Assembly: GCA_963809895.1 (NCBI GenBank)
Contig: CAWELD010000003.1
Coordinates: 1,664,001 to 1,728,000, forward strand
DNA length: 64,000 nt
From: an uncultured Gemmatimonadales bacterium
Lineage (GTDB): Bacteria > Gemmatimonadota > Gemmatimonadetes > Longimicrobiales > Gaopeijiaceae
Direction: 5' to 3'
Part shown: one piece after another, positions 52,299 to 63,695 of the stretch
Layout: each line of letters opens with the position of its first letter
Position numbering within the stretch: position 1 is the stretch's first letter
Notes under the pieces: generated by a model
The model's input: only the letters and a program-made list of their open reading frames with translations
What the model was told of the DNA's origin: nothing
Database searches by the model: none
Program-made: the position numbers and the translations under genes

Positions 52299-52891
52299 GC
52301 CGACGCTCCCTCCGAGGGGCTCTCGAGGTCGTCCAGATATCCCATGACGAGGTCGCGGTCACGGCTGTCGTCCAGGCGCTCGTGCATGAGCTTGGCCGCA
52401 GCGGCGAGGGCGAGTTCCACGGACTCCTTGCGAAGCTCCGCCAGGGCCCGGTCCTTCTCGCGCTCGATCTCGCTACGCGCGCGCTCCAGGATCTCGCCGG
52501 CCTCGGTGCGGGCCTTCTCCTCGATGTCCCGGCGGACGTCCTCACCGGCGGCCTTGCCCTGGGCGATGATCTCCGAGGCCTGGCGGCGCGCGTCGGCGAG
52601 CTGCGCCTTGTGCTCCTCCAGGAGTCGGGCCGCCTCGGCCCGCTGCGCCTCGGATTCGTCCAATGCGCCCTGGATGCGCTGCTCCCGGGCATCGATGGCG
52701 GCAATGATGGGCCTCCAGGCGAACCTCGCCAGCGCGAAGAACAACAGGAGGAACACCACCCAGGTCCAGATGATCAACCCGGCGTTGATGTCGAACAGGC
52801 CCGGCTGCCCCTCCTCCTGGGCCACCAGAACGGCCGGAGACGCGGCGACCAGCGCGGCCGTGGGCAGGAGTGCTCTCAGAACGTGCTTCAT
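52295..52891 (-). CDS. atpF: ATP synthase Fo b subunit
   Basis: GLIIWTWVVFLLLFFALARFAWRPI..IDAREQRI then coiled coil. Confidence 0.96.
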   Translation of the reverse strand: MKHVLRALLPTAALVAASPAVLVAQEEGQPGLFDINAGLIIWTWVVFLLLFFALARFAWRPIIAAIDAREQRIQGALDESEAQRAEAARLLEEHKAQLADARRQASEIIAQGKAAGEDVRRDIEEKARTEAGEILERARSEIEREKDRALAELRKESVELALAAAAKLMHERLDDSRDRDLVMGYLDDLESPSEGASA

Positions 52892-53053
52892 CGTCTTCCT
52901 CGTCGGTGCGCCTGCTGCAATCAGGCTACTCGTGGGGCGGTGGCCCGTGCGGGCCGGCGCCGAGCGCCGACCCGCGAACCACGGGTCCAGCTACCGCCAC
53001 CGCCGGGCACGGGGCCCGGCCGGTCCCACCGACCCCGAGGGGCCGGTCCCGGA

Positions 53054-53443
<390 letters not shown>

Positions 53444-53509
53444 TCAGGCCGCCCGCCCCCCCGTTTCATGCCTGCTGTCCGGCGTGTGAAGACCGCCTCC
53501 GGCGCGCGC

Positions 53510-54430
53510 TCAGTGCGCGTGGCGGATGAGGCCCACGAACACGGCGGTGAGCATGGCGAAGATGTAGGCCTGCAAGAAGGCCACGAACACTTCCAGGCCC
53601 ATGAGCGCCGTGCTCATGAGCACCGACGCCCCGGCGATCCCCCAGCGCGCCAACGCCAGCTCGGAGAACACGAAGATCAAGCCGAGCAACGACAGGATCA
53701 GCGTGTGGCCGGCCGTCATGTTGGCGAACAGACGGATGGACAGGGCGAAGGGCTTGGTCAACTTCCCGAGGAACTCCACGGGCGTCATGATCACGAGCAT
53801 GATCGCTTGAGCCACCGGGTTCATCCCCTCGGGGGCGTAGAAGATCGTCTTCATGTATCCCCTCGCGCCCAACGCCCGCATCCCGGAGATCTCCACCAGG
53901 ACGAAGGTGCAGATGGCCAACGCCGCGGTCACCGACACGTTTCCAGTGGCCGAGGAACCCCAGGGCACCAGGCCCAGGAGATTCATGATCAGGATGAAGA
54001 AGAAGAGCGAGAGGATGTAGGGCGTGTAGGCGTCGGCACCGTGGCCGATGTTGCGCCGCACGACCTCGTCCCGGAAGAAGAGGATCATGGCCTCGACGGC
54101 GTTGGTGAACCCCGAGGGCGCCCGATGGGCCTCCTTGCGGGTCACCACGCGCGCGACGGCGACGAAGGTCAGGAAGCAGATGACCGCCGCCAGGAGCACG
54201 AACACCACGTGCTTGGTGGGGGCCAGATCGACCACGCCCAGGGGCCCCAGATTCACGTTCCATCCGGTGGGCAGGTGGAAGGTCCGTCCGAGGAACTCGA
54301 CCTCGTGACCGTCGGCAAGGTGGTGCACGATCATGGTGCCCAGGTCCGGGGGACCGCCCTCGGCGGCATGCCCGGCGGCCTCGGAGGCACCTCCGGCGTG
54401 TTCCTGGATGAAGCGCAGCAGGCTCATCAT
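53510..54430 (-). CDS. atpB: ATP synthase Fo a subunit
   Basis: NLLGLVP, ATGN, KPFALSIRLFANMTAGH, LQAYIFAMLT. Confidence 0.98.
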   Translation of the reverse strand: MMSLLRFIQEHAGGASEAAGHAAEGGPPDLGTMIVHHLADGHEVEFLGRTFHLPTGWNVNLGPLGVVDLAPTKHVVFVLLAAVICFLTFVAVARVVTRKEAHRAPSGFTNAVEAMILFFRDEVVRRNIGHGADAYTPYILSLFFFILIMNLLGLVPWGSSATGNVSVTAALAICTFVLVEISGMRALGARGYMKTIFYAPEGMNPVAQAIMLVIMTPVEFLGKLTKPFALSIRLFANMTAGHTLILSLLGLIFVFSELALARWGIAGASVLMSTALMGLEVFVAFLQAYIFAMLTAVFVGLIRHAH

Positions 54431-54813
54431 CTAACGGGTCGCTCGCTCTCCGTGGCTGGCACCGATCTCAAGAAGAGTGGCTCCAGCAGCAACATTCCGA
54501 ACAGGTATCCTGCAAGGCCGACCAGGGTGGTGACCGGGTCGGGCCGTCCGCTCCCGAGTACGATCCAGGCCACGATCCCCACCGTCGCCAGCCGAACCAG
54601 CGTTCCGCCTATCCAGGCGGCCAGGAAGTGCGTCGTGGTCCCGCGCACCCGAACCAACCAGGTGAAGGCTGCCACCTGGAGTACGAGCGCCACCGCTCCA
54701 GCCATCACCAGTCCTTCGAACTGCGCGGACGTCAACCAGGGTCGAATCCCCAGTGAGGTCACCAGGACCAGCAATGCACAGGCCAGACCGTAGCCTCCGA
54801 CCGCCTTGCTCAT
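54427..54813 (-). CDS. ATP synthase accessory membrane protein (AtpI-like, about 4 TM)
   Basis: Hydrophobic 128-aa ORF between atpZ-like gene and atpB, overlapping both. Confidence 0.65.
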   Translation of the reverse strand: MSKAVGGYGLACALLVLVTSLGIRPWLTSAQFEGLVMAGAVALVLQVAAFTWLVRVRGTTTHFLAAWIGGTLVRLATVGIVAWIVLGSGRPDPVTTLVGLAGYLFGMLLLEPLFLRSVPATESERPVR

Positions 54814-55073
54814 GGTCCCGACTTCTCGGAGCCGTCGCGACGCCGAGCGTCGAGCACCAAGTGACGGTAGAGGCTGTAGAACGCCGCCGCCGCACCGACG
54901 AACGCGCCCAGGACCGTGAACAGGGGCGTCGTCCCCAACCAGGCGTCGACCTTCCATCCAATCCAGAAGAAGAGACCGACGGCGAAGACGAACTGAAACC
55001 CGAGGCCGGCATACTGGCCCATGGCGCTCCACGTCGACGCAGACGCGCCCTCCTCGCGCTCTCGCTCCGTCAC
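54810..55073 (-). CDS. AtpZ/AtpI family (ATPase gene 1) protein
   Basis: YAGLGFQF..IGWKVDAWLGTTPLFTVLGAFVG; RBS GGAGG before GTG. Confidence 0.88.
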   Translation of the reverse strand: MTEREREEGASASTWSAMGQYAGLGFQFVFAVGLFFWIGWKVDAWLGTTPLFTVLGAFVGAAAAFYSLYRHLVLDARRRDGSEKSGP

Positions 55074-55104
55074 CGGACCCTCCGTTGCGGTCCCGAGCCT
55101 GCCA

Positions 55105-55133
55105 AAGGTAGGGGCTTGTGAAATTTTCCGCAA
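55105..55133 (-). promoter_or_regulatory. atp operon promoter overlapped by Rex-like operator (55116-55133)
   Basis: Minus strand TTGCGG-17-TACCTT; plus strand TTGTGAA-ATTT-TCCGCAA versus Rex consensus TTGTGAA-N4-TTCACAA. Confidence 0.55.
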
Positions 55134-55227
55134 GCGTGCGACGGGGCATTTTCACAGGCCGGCACGACGGGAGGAGAACCCCGCGCGCTCCCTGGTGTTT
55201 CGGAGCGGCCCGGTCCCGGCCGCGCGC

Positions 55228-55257
55228 TTGACGCCCGGAAAAGCGCCGGTCTAGTTT
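55228..55257 (+). promoter_or_regulatory. sigma70-type promoter for moxR operon
   Basis: TTGACG (55228-55233), 18 nt, TAGTTT (55252-55257). Confidence 0.5.
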
Positions 55258-55378
55258 CGGGCCCCACCGCGAACCCCCGGTCCGGGCCCGGTGTAGGCCG
55301 GTAACAACTCCCCCACATCTCCTTCGCTGGGCCGCGGCCGGCCCCTCGGACGCGAGGGCCACGGAAGACGAGCAGCGG

Positions 55379-56398
<1,020 letters not shown>

Positions 56399-56444
56399 CT
56401 CGTCCGGAAGGCGACCAACCTCCGAGTCGTAAGGAGAGCCAGCC

Positions 56445-57704
56445 GTGATCGCCACCTGGTCGGGGGCCGTCATCCTCCTGGTTCTCCTTTCGAGCCTTCT
56501 CTCCGGCGCCGAGACCTCGGTCTTCTCCGTGGGCGCCGGCCGTCTTCGTACCCTGGTGGAAGAGGGCTTCGACGGCGCCGCGGAGCTCGCTCGGGTGCGG
56601 AGCCGCTCCCCCTCGTTGCAGGCTGCGGTCCACCTGCTCATCACCATCCTGAACCTGGTGGCGGTCGGACTGGCGGTGGCGCTCGGGGCGCGGCTGAGGG
56701 GCGTGTCGGGATCGTTGGCCGCGCTGGGCATCACCGTGGCCCTCCTCCTGCTGGTGGCCGAGATCCTGCCGCGGGCGCTGGCCACCCGGCGCCCCATCCG
56801 CATGGCGCTGGCCTCGGCGCCCACCCTCCTCGTGGTGGAGCGCCTGGTGGGCGGGGTGCTGTCCCCCTTCATCCGGCTGGAGGCGCTGCTGGCGACCGTG
56901 GGCCTGGACGAGGAGGACACCGAAGAACGGGAGGTGCGGGACCTGGCCGAGCTGGGTCGCGAAGAGGGTGTCGTGGACCACGACGAGCACGCGCTGGTGG
57001 AACGGGCCTTCCGCCTGGACGAGCTCACCGCCTTCGACGTCATGACGCCCCGGGTGGACATCTTCGCGTGGAAGGACGCGCTGACGCTGGCGGACATCGT
57101 TCCGGAGCTCGAGACCATCCCCCACTCCCGGGTCCCGGTCTACGGGGAGTCCATCGACGACGTCACGGGCATCCTCTACGTGCGCGAGGCGTACGAGCGT
57201 TGGGTCGCCGGGCACGAGGGCGCCACCCTGGGAAGCCTGGCCCGGGATCCCTTCTTCGTGCCGGGCTCCATGTCGCTGGCGCAGCTCCTGAGGGATTTCC
57301 AGGGACGACGCATCCACATGGGAATCGTCGCAGACGAGTTCGGGGGCACCGACGGTCTGGTGACGCTGGAGGACGTGCTCGAGGAACTCGTGGGCGAGAT
57401 CGTCGACGAGACCGACGTCGACGAGGAGCCGCTGCTCCGGACCGGGCGCAACGAGCTGGTCGCCGATGGCAGCGTGGACCTCCGGGACCTGAACTACGCC
57501 TTCGACGTCGCGCTGCCCACGGCGGAGCATCGCAGCCTCAACGGTTTCATTCTCGAGGAGTTGGGCTACGTGCCCGAGCCCGGAGAGACGCTGGACCGGG
57601 ACGGCGTGTCCATCGAAATCCTCGAGTCCAGCGACACCCAGGTGGTGCGGGCTCGCCTCACCCGGACATCCCCCGACGACGACGACGACCAGGACGAGGA
57701 CTGA
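56445..57704 (+). CDS. hemolysin/CNNM family protein (DUF21 + CBS pair + CorC_HlyC)
   Basis: LSGAETS, AEILPR, VMTPRVD, HSRVPVY, DEFGGTDGLVTLEDVLEELVGEI. Confidence 0.93.
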   Translation: MIATWSGAVILLVLLSSLLSGAETSVFSVGAGRLRTLVEEGFDGAAELARVRSRSPSLQAAVHLLITILNLVAVGLAVALGARLRGVSGSLAALGITVALLLLVAEILPRALATRRPIRMALASAPTLLVVERLVGGVLSPFIRLEALLATVGLDEEDTEEREVRDLAELGREEGVVDHDEHALVERAFRLDELTAFDVMTPRVDIFAWKDALTLADIVPELETIPHSRVPVYGESIDDVTGILYVREAYERWVAGHEGATLGSLARDPFFVPGSMSLAQLLRDFQGRRIHMGIVADEFGGTDGLVTLEDVLEELVGEIVDETDVDEEPLLRTGRNELVADGSVDLRDLNYAFDVALPTAEHRSLNGFILEELGYVPEPGETLDRDGVSIEILESSDTQVVRARLTRTSPDDDDDQDED

Positions 57705-58333
57705 TGGCCCTTCTCCTCCCCTTCGACGGGGTCCAGCCGACGGTGCATCCCTCGGCGTTCCTGGCTCCCACGGCGGTGCTCATCGGGGATGTCACGGTGG
57801 GGCCCGAGGCCAGCGTGTGGTTCGGTGCGGTGTTGCGGGGCGACGACCCGGACAACGGGATCGTGGTCGGCCCGCGCTCCAGCGTCCAGGACAACTGCGT
57901 GGTGCACGTGGGCGGGTGGGGGCCGACGGTGATCGGCTCCGACGTCACCGTCGGCCATGGCGCGGTCTTCGAGAGCTGCACCATCGGGGATCGCTCGGTT
58001 GTGGGCATGAACGCGGTGATCCTGCAGAACGCCACCGTGGGCGAGGCGTGCGTCATCGCCGCAGGCAGCGTGGTCAAGGAAGGGGCGATCATCCCGCCCC
58101 GTAGCCTGGTCGCCGGCGTCCCCGCCTCGGTCAAGAAGTCCCTGGAAGGCTCCGCCGCCGAATGGGTCGCCCGCGGCGGCGAGCACTACGTGGAGTTGTC
58201 CCGCAGCTATCTGGCCCAGGGACTGGGCGGACCGGAGCGGGTGTGCGAATTGTGCGGCGGACCCGTCCTCGACCGGCACTGCAAGCTCGTGTGCCTCAAC
58301 TGCGGCTACCAGCGCGACTGCAGCGATCCCTGA
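57704..58333 (+). CDS. gamma-carbonic anhydrase family protein with C-terminal Cys-rich zinc-finger extension
   Basis: IGDVTVG..SVWFGAVLRGD, VQDNCVVH, VTVGHGA hexapeptide repeats; tail CELCGG...RHCKLVCLNCGYQRDCSDP; TGATG overlap. Confidence 0.9.
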   Translation: MALLLPFDGVQPTVHPSAFLAPTAVLIGDVTVGPEASVWFGAVLRGDDPDNGIVVGPRSSVQDNCVVHVGGWGPTVIGSDVTVGHGAVFESCTIGDRSVVGMNAVILQNATVGEACVIAAGSVVKEGAIIPPRSLVAGVPASVKKSLEGSAAEWVARGGEHYVELSRSYLAQGLGGPERVCELCGGPVLDRHCKLVCLNCGYQRDCSDP

Positions 58334-58350
58334 GCCCGGGGCCCGCCCGC

Positions 58351-59412
58351 CTACAGCCCCATCAGGCCCAGGTACCACGCCAACAGCGCGTCTCCGAAGA
58401 GAAAGGCGCCCACCGCGGCGAAGGCCAGGAAGATCCCCAGGGGGATGAGCTGGCGGAAAATGGCGGTGAGCGGGATGGCCGCCACCAGGGCCAGCACCGA
58501 GCCACCCAGGACGGTGAGCAGGACGCCCGGCAGCCCCAGGAACGCGCCCACCAGCGCCATCATGCGGATGTCGCCGCCACCCAGGGCGCTCACCGGCTCT
58601 TCTTCGTCGTCCGCCTGTTCGGCGTCGGCGCCTGCGAAGACGGGATCCTCGAAGGCTTCGCCCCACGCCAGCAGCACCGCGAGGGCCGCCAGGCCACCGG
58701 GGGCAGCCACCAGCCACGCACCGGTGCCCCATGCCAGGCCGGCACCCACCGACGCCGCGGCCACGAGAACCAGCAACGTGAAGCGCACACCTGTGCTTCG
58801 CAGCGTGGCGACGCGGGCCCGCACCTGTTCGTCGGCCCGCTGCTCGTCGTGCTCCTGGAAGGCCGTTTCCAGGCGCGACGGGTTGAGCTTCTTCACGAGC
58901 CAGGTCCCGCCCACACCCACCAGCCAGAAGGCCGCGAATCCCCCGGCGGCGCCCAGCAGCGACCTGCGCCAGCCGATGCCGCCGGGTAGCAATGCCAGGC
59001 CCACGCCCAGGACCGCGCCCCCGAGGGAGAACTGATCCGGAATGATGTAGAAGCGCGCGTCGCTCAGGGCGATGCCCAGGACGAGGGTGGCGAACAGCGC
59101 CAACCTCAGGGCATCCCAGGTGGGGCCGTGCAGCCAGACCGCGCCCGCCCACACCAGCCCCGTGGCGAGCTCCACCAGCGGGTACTGGATGGAGACGCCC
59201 TCACCGCAGTGCCGGCACTTGCCCCGCAGGACGAGCCAGCTCAGCACCGGAACGTTGTCGAACCCGGCGATGGGCGTGCCGCAACGGGGACAGCGGGAGC
59301 GGGGCCGCACCACCGACTCCCCCACCGGCCACCGGAGGGTACACACGTTCAGGAACGATCCCAGGGCGAGCCCCAGGACTCCCGCCAACCAGGGCATCCA
59401 GCTCTCAGGCAC
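58351..59412 (-). CDS. pilD: prepilin peptidase/methyltransferase (A24 family) with internal insertion
   Basis: GSFLNV, RSRCPRC, DNVPVLSWLVLRGKCRHC, YPLVEL, SDARFYIIPD, GGGD, IPLGIFLA. Confidence 0.92.
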   Translation of the reverse strand: MPESWMPWLAGVLGLALGSFLNVCTLRWPVGESVVRPRSRCPRCGTPIAGFDNVPVLSWLVLRGKCRHCGEGVSIQYPLVELATGLVWAGAVWLHGPTWDALRLALFATLVLGIALSDARFYIIPDQFSLGGAVLGVGLALLPGGIGWRRSLLGAAGGFAAFWLVGVGGTWLVKKLNPSRLETAFQEHDEQRADEQVRARVATLRSTGVRFTLLVLVAAASVGAGLAWGTGAWLVAAPGGLAALAVLLAWGEAFEDPVFAGADAEQADDEEEPVSALGGGDIRMMALVGAFLGLPGVLLTVLGGSVLALVAAIPLTAIFRQLIPLGIFLAFAAVGAFLFGDALLAWYLGLMGL

Positions 59413-60184
59413 CGTCGACTCCTCGCGTGAGGGCATATATGAGGATGGCGCCGGCCACCCCCGCGTTCAGCGACTCCGTACCGCCGGGCATGGGCACCGA
59501 CACGGCCCGGACCGCGCTGTCCCGCAGGCTCTGCCGGGCGCCGGCACCTTCGCTCCCCACGGCCAGCGCCCAGGGCGGGGGCGGCGCACGCTCCGGTACC
59601 GGCTCAGCCATGGCGTCCGCCACCCAGAGGGGGACCGCGGCAGCGCGCAGCGACGCCCGCACCTCGTCCCAGGCCGTCGACAGCACCGGCACCCGGAACA
59701 CCGCTCCCGCCGAGGCCCGCACCGCCTTGGGATTCCAGGGGTCCACGGTCCGGTCCAGGGCCAGCACCCCGTCGAGTCCGAACGCCGCCGCGGTGCGGAT
59801 CAGGGTTCCGGCGTTGCCGGGATCCTGGATGCCGTCCAGGACGAGAAGACGCGGGCGCCCGGCCACCAGCGCCCCCAGGTCGCGGGACGGCTCCTCGCAG
59901 ACCAACAGCACGCCCTGGGGCGACTCGGTATCGGCGAGCCGGGCGAGCTCGCCGTCGTCCAGGGACTCCAACTCGATCCCCGATGCCTCCAGACGTGCCT
60001 GGAGGGCGCCTCCGTCCAGCTCTGCGAGACGCGGCGACACCACGGCGAACCGCACCCGGGCGCCGGACTCGAGCACCTCGTGGGCCACCCGAACCCCCTC
60101 GGCCAGGACGAGCCCCTCCCGCTGGCGCGTACGCCTGCGGTGGAGGCGGCCCACCAAGCGGGTACGAGTCAGGCTCAGGCCCAC
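59405..60184 (-). CDS. TrmH/SpoU family RNA 2'-O-methyltransferase
   Basis: [40 protein letters not shown]. Confidence 0.95.
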   Translation of the reverse strand: MGLSLTRTRLVGRLHRRRTRQREGLVLAEGVRVAHEVLESGARVRFAVVSPRLAELDGGALQARLEASGIELESLDDGELARLADTESPQGVLLVCEEPSRDLGALVAGRPRLLVLDGIQDPGNAGTLIRTAAAFGLDGVLALDRTVDPWNPKAVRASAGAVFRVPVLSTAWDEVRASLRAAAVPLWVADAMAEPVPERAPPPPWALAVGSEGAGARQSLRDSAVRAVSVPMPGGTESLNAGVAGAILIYALTRGVDGA

Positions 60185-60273
60185 CGGACCCTCTCCCGGT
60201 CCAGCCGGGTAGCCGTGCGGGCACCCGACCCTTCCCTGCCCCGACCCGCGCTCGCGGACCGTTCCGGAGTGTC

Positions 60274-61086
<813 letters not shown>

Positions 61087-61099
61087 GCCACGCGCGCGG

Positions 61100-61936
61100 T
61101 CATTCCGCGAGGCCCCCCAGGAGCGCCCGGATGATGGCCTCCAGCCTGTGCCCCGCCCGGGCGCCGACCTCCATGACCTCCGTGTGGTCCAGCGCCTGTC
61201 CGCTGCGGCCGGCCGCCAGGTTGGTGACCAGCGAGAAACCCAGGCAGCGCATGCCCAACGCCCGCGCCACCAGAACCTCGGGAACGGTGGACATGCCCAC
61301 CACGTCGGCGCCGAGCCGGCCCAGGGCCCGGATCTCGGCCGGGGTCTCGAACGACGGACCCGGCACCGCCGCGTAGACGCCTTCATGGAGCTCCAGGCCC
61401 AGGCCGGCCGCGGCGCGCGAGGCTTTCGCCCGCAACTCCGGGTCGTACGCCGTGGTCATGTCGGTGAAGCGGGTCTCCCCCTCCTGCACCGGCCCCCGGA
61501 GGGGATTGCGGAACTGCATGTTCAGATGGTCGTGGATCAGCACCAACGACCCGGGCTCCAGGTTCTCGCGGATGCCCCCGGCGGCGTTGGTGACCACCAG
61601 GATCTCGACGCCGAGGGCGTGGGCCAGGCGCACCGGCGCCGCCACCACCGCGTCGGGATGCCCCTCGTAGAAGTGATACCGACCCTGCTGGACGAGGACC
61701 GGAGTGCCCTCGATGCGCCCCCCCAGGAAGCGACCGGCGTGGCCCGCGACACCGGCGGGCGGAAACCCCGGCAGGTCGGTGAACGGGATCGCACGGGCGT
61801 CGTCCACGGCGTCGGCCAGCGGCCCGAGCCCCGATCCCAGGATCAGGAGCACCCGGGGCTCCACCTCCAGGCGGCGGCGGAGAATCCCGGCGGCCTCGGA
61901 CACTGCCGGCCCCGCGCCGGCTCGCGGCTCGGTCAT
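61100..61936 (-). CDS. punA: purine-nucleoside phosphorylase (trimeric type)
   Basis: ILGSGLG, GHAG, QGRYHFYEG, TNAAGG, GPSFETPAE, VGMSTVPE, TNLAAG. Confidence 0.95.
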   Translation of the reverse strand: MTEPRAGAGPAVSEAAGILRRRLEVEPRVLLILGSGLGPLADAVDDARAIPFTDLPGFPPAGVAGHAGRFLGGRIEGTPVLVQQGRYHFYEGHPDAVVAAPVRLAHALGVEILVVTNAAGGIRENLEPGSLVLIHDHLNMQFRNPLRGPVQEGETRFTDMTTAYDPELRAKASRAAAGLGLELHEGVYAAVPGPSFETPAEIRALGRLGADVVGMSTVPEVLVARALGMRCLGFSLVTNLAAGRSGQALDHTEVMEVGARAGHRLEAIIRALLGGLAE

Positions 61937-63498
61937 ACCAGCATCCCCGCGACCGCCGCGGTCATGAAGGCCGCCAGGGATCCCGCGATCATGGCCCGCA
62001 GCCCGAGCCGCGACAGATCGCTGCGCCGCCCGGGCGCGATCCCCCCGATCCCGCCGATCTGGATGGCGATGGACGAGAAGTTGGCGAAGCCGGACAGGGC
62101 GTAGGTAGCGATGATCACCGAGCGCGGATCCAGCCCGTCGGCTCCGCCGAGGATGGAGGAGAGCCGCAGGTAGGCTACGAACTCGTTCAGCACCGTCTTC
62201 AGACCCATGAGCTGGCCCACCAGGCGGGCGTCGTGCCAAGGCACCCCCATGATCCAGGCCAGGGGCGCCAGGATCCATCCCAGGATCCCCTCGAGGGTCA
62301 CCCCCTGGAATCCGAGCAGCCCGCCGGCCCAGCCCAGCGTCGCGTTCACCAGGGCGATGAGGGCGATGAAGGCCAGGAGCATGGCCCCCACGTTGAGCGC
62401 CAGACCGAGGCCGTCGGAAGCCCCGCGGGCCGCGGCGTCGATGACATTGGCGTCGGGCTTCTCCACCCGGATGTCCAGGGTGCCGGCGGTCTCGGGCTCG
62501 GACTCCTCGGGCACCATGAGCTTGGCACACGCCAGCGCCGCTGGAGCGGACATCACCGACGCCGCCATCAGATGCCCCGCGATATCCGGAAAATAGCTCA
62601 CCAGCATGCCCACGTACGCTGCCATCACGCCCCCGGCCACCGTGGCGAAGCCGGCCGTCATGACGGCCATGAGCTCCGACTGCGTCATGGTGCCCACGAA
62701 GGGTTTGATCAGGAGCGGCGCCTCGGTCTGGCCCACGAAGATGTTCCCGGCCGCCGACAGCGTCTCCGCACCGGACGTGCGCATGGTCCGCTGCATGACC
62801 CAGGCGACGCCCTTCACCACCCACTGCATGACGCCCACGTGATACAGCACGGTCATGAGCGAGGAGAAGAAGATGATGGTGGGCAGCACGTTGAAAGCGA
62901 ACGACGCCCCGGTCTGCGCCACCATCCCCGGTGTCGCAGTCATGGGATCGTTGGTGCCGGGCAGCCCCTGCCCCACGGGCACGTTGTTGAAGACGAGGTC
63001 GCCGAAGATGAAGCGGGCGCCCTCGACGGTGAATCCCAGCAGCGCCACCACCACGTCGTTCACGGTGCGGAAGATCGCCGCACCCATGGGCGTCTTCAGG
63101 ATGAAGAACGCGAACAGGAGCTGCAGCCCCATCCCCCACAGCACCACACGCCAGGGAATCCGGCGGCGGTTCAGCGACAGCGCCCACGCGATGACGGCCA
63201 GGAGCAAGAGTCCGATCAGCGAACGGAAGCGCGCCGACAGGGGCGTGTCGAGGCTTCTGCCGATGCCCCCGAGCTGTCCCTGAGGGGTCACCTGCGCGGC
63301 AGAGGTGGCGAGCGCGGGCGCCGTGGATTCAGCGGCCGCCGGCCCGCCAGCGGCGGGTTCGGCCGTCGGGGATGCCGCCGTCGCCGAGGGCGCGGCCTCC
63401 GCAACCGGCTTCGCGGCGCCCGCGTGGACGGCTCCCGCCAGCAGAAGGACCAGGGTGACGGACCAGAGCGAAAGGAGCAGCGGAGACGGGCGTTTCAT
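61933..63498 (-). CDS. nupC: concentrative nucleoside transporter (NupC/CNT family) with N-terminal extension
   Basis: FAFNVLPTIIFFSSL, AGNIFVGQTEAPL, GFATVAG, NEFVAY, GFANFSSIAIQIGG. Confidence 0.95.
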   Translation of the reverse strand: MKRPSPLLLSLWSVTLVLLLAGAVHAGAAKPVAEAAPSATAASPTAEPAAGGPAAAESTAPALATSAAQVTPQGQLGGIGRSLDTPLSARFRSLIGLLLLAVIAWALSLNRRRIPWRVVLWGMGLQLLFAFFILKTPMGAAIFRTVNDVVVALLGFTVEGARFIFGDLVFNNVPVGQGLPGTNDPMTATPGMVAQTGASFAFNVLPTIIFFSSLMTVLYHVGVMQWVVKGVAWVMQRTMRTSGAETLSAAGNIFVGQTEAPLLIKPFVGTMTQSELMAVMTAGFATVAGGVMAAYVGMLVSYFPDIAGHLMAASVMSAPAALACAKLMVPEESEPETAGTLDIRVEKPDANVIDAAARGASDGLGLALNVGAMLLAFIALIALVNATLGWAGGLLGFQGVTLEGILGWILAPLAWIMGVPWHDARLVGQLMGLKTVLNEFVAYLRLSSILGGADGLDPRSVIIATYALSGFANFSSIAIQIGGIGGIAPGRRSDLSRLGLRAMIAGSLAAFMTAAVAGMLV

Positions 63499-63695
63499 GC
63501 ACACCTCGGCAGGGCGGTCGGAAGCCGGCGGAACGCCCCAATATGGGCAGGGTGAGCCACCGTGCCAGTGCGAGCCCGCCCGCCGTTGTACTCGACGCGC
63601 GGATCAGCCGTCGGCGGCGATGGCCAGCCCGGTAAGGGCGAACATCTCCCCTTCTCCGGGCGATGGGTCCACCATCAAGCGCCTCACGGGCTAAC

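Noticed and set aside
60185..60273. TPP riboswitch upstream of thiD (or thiE)
   Set aside because: No CTGAGA / ACCTG core motifs; thiE is translationally coupled to mltG
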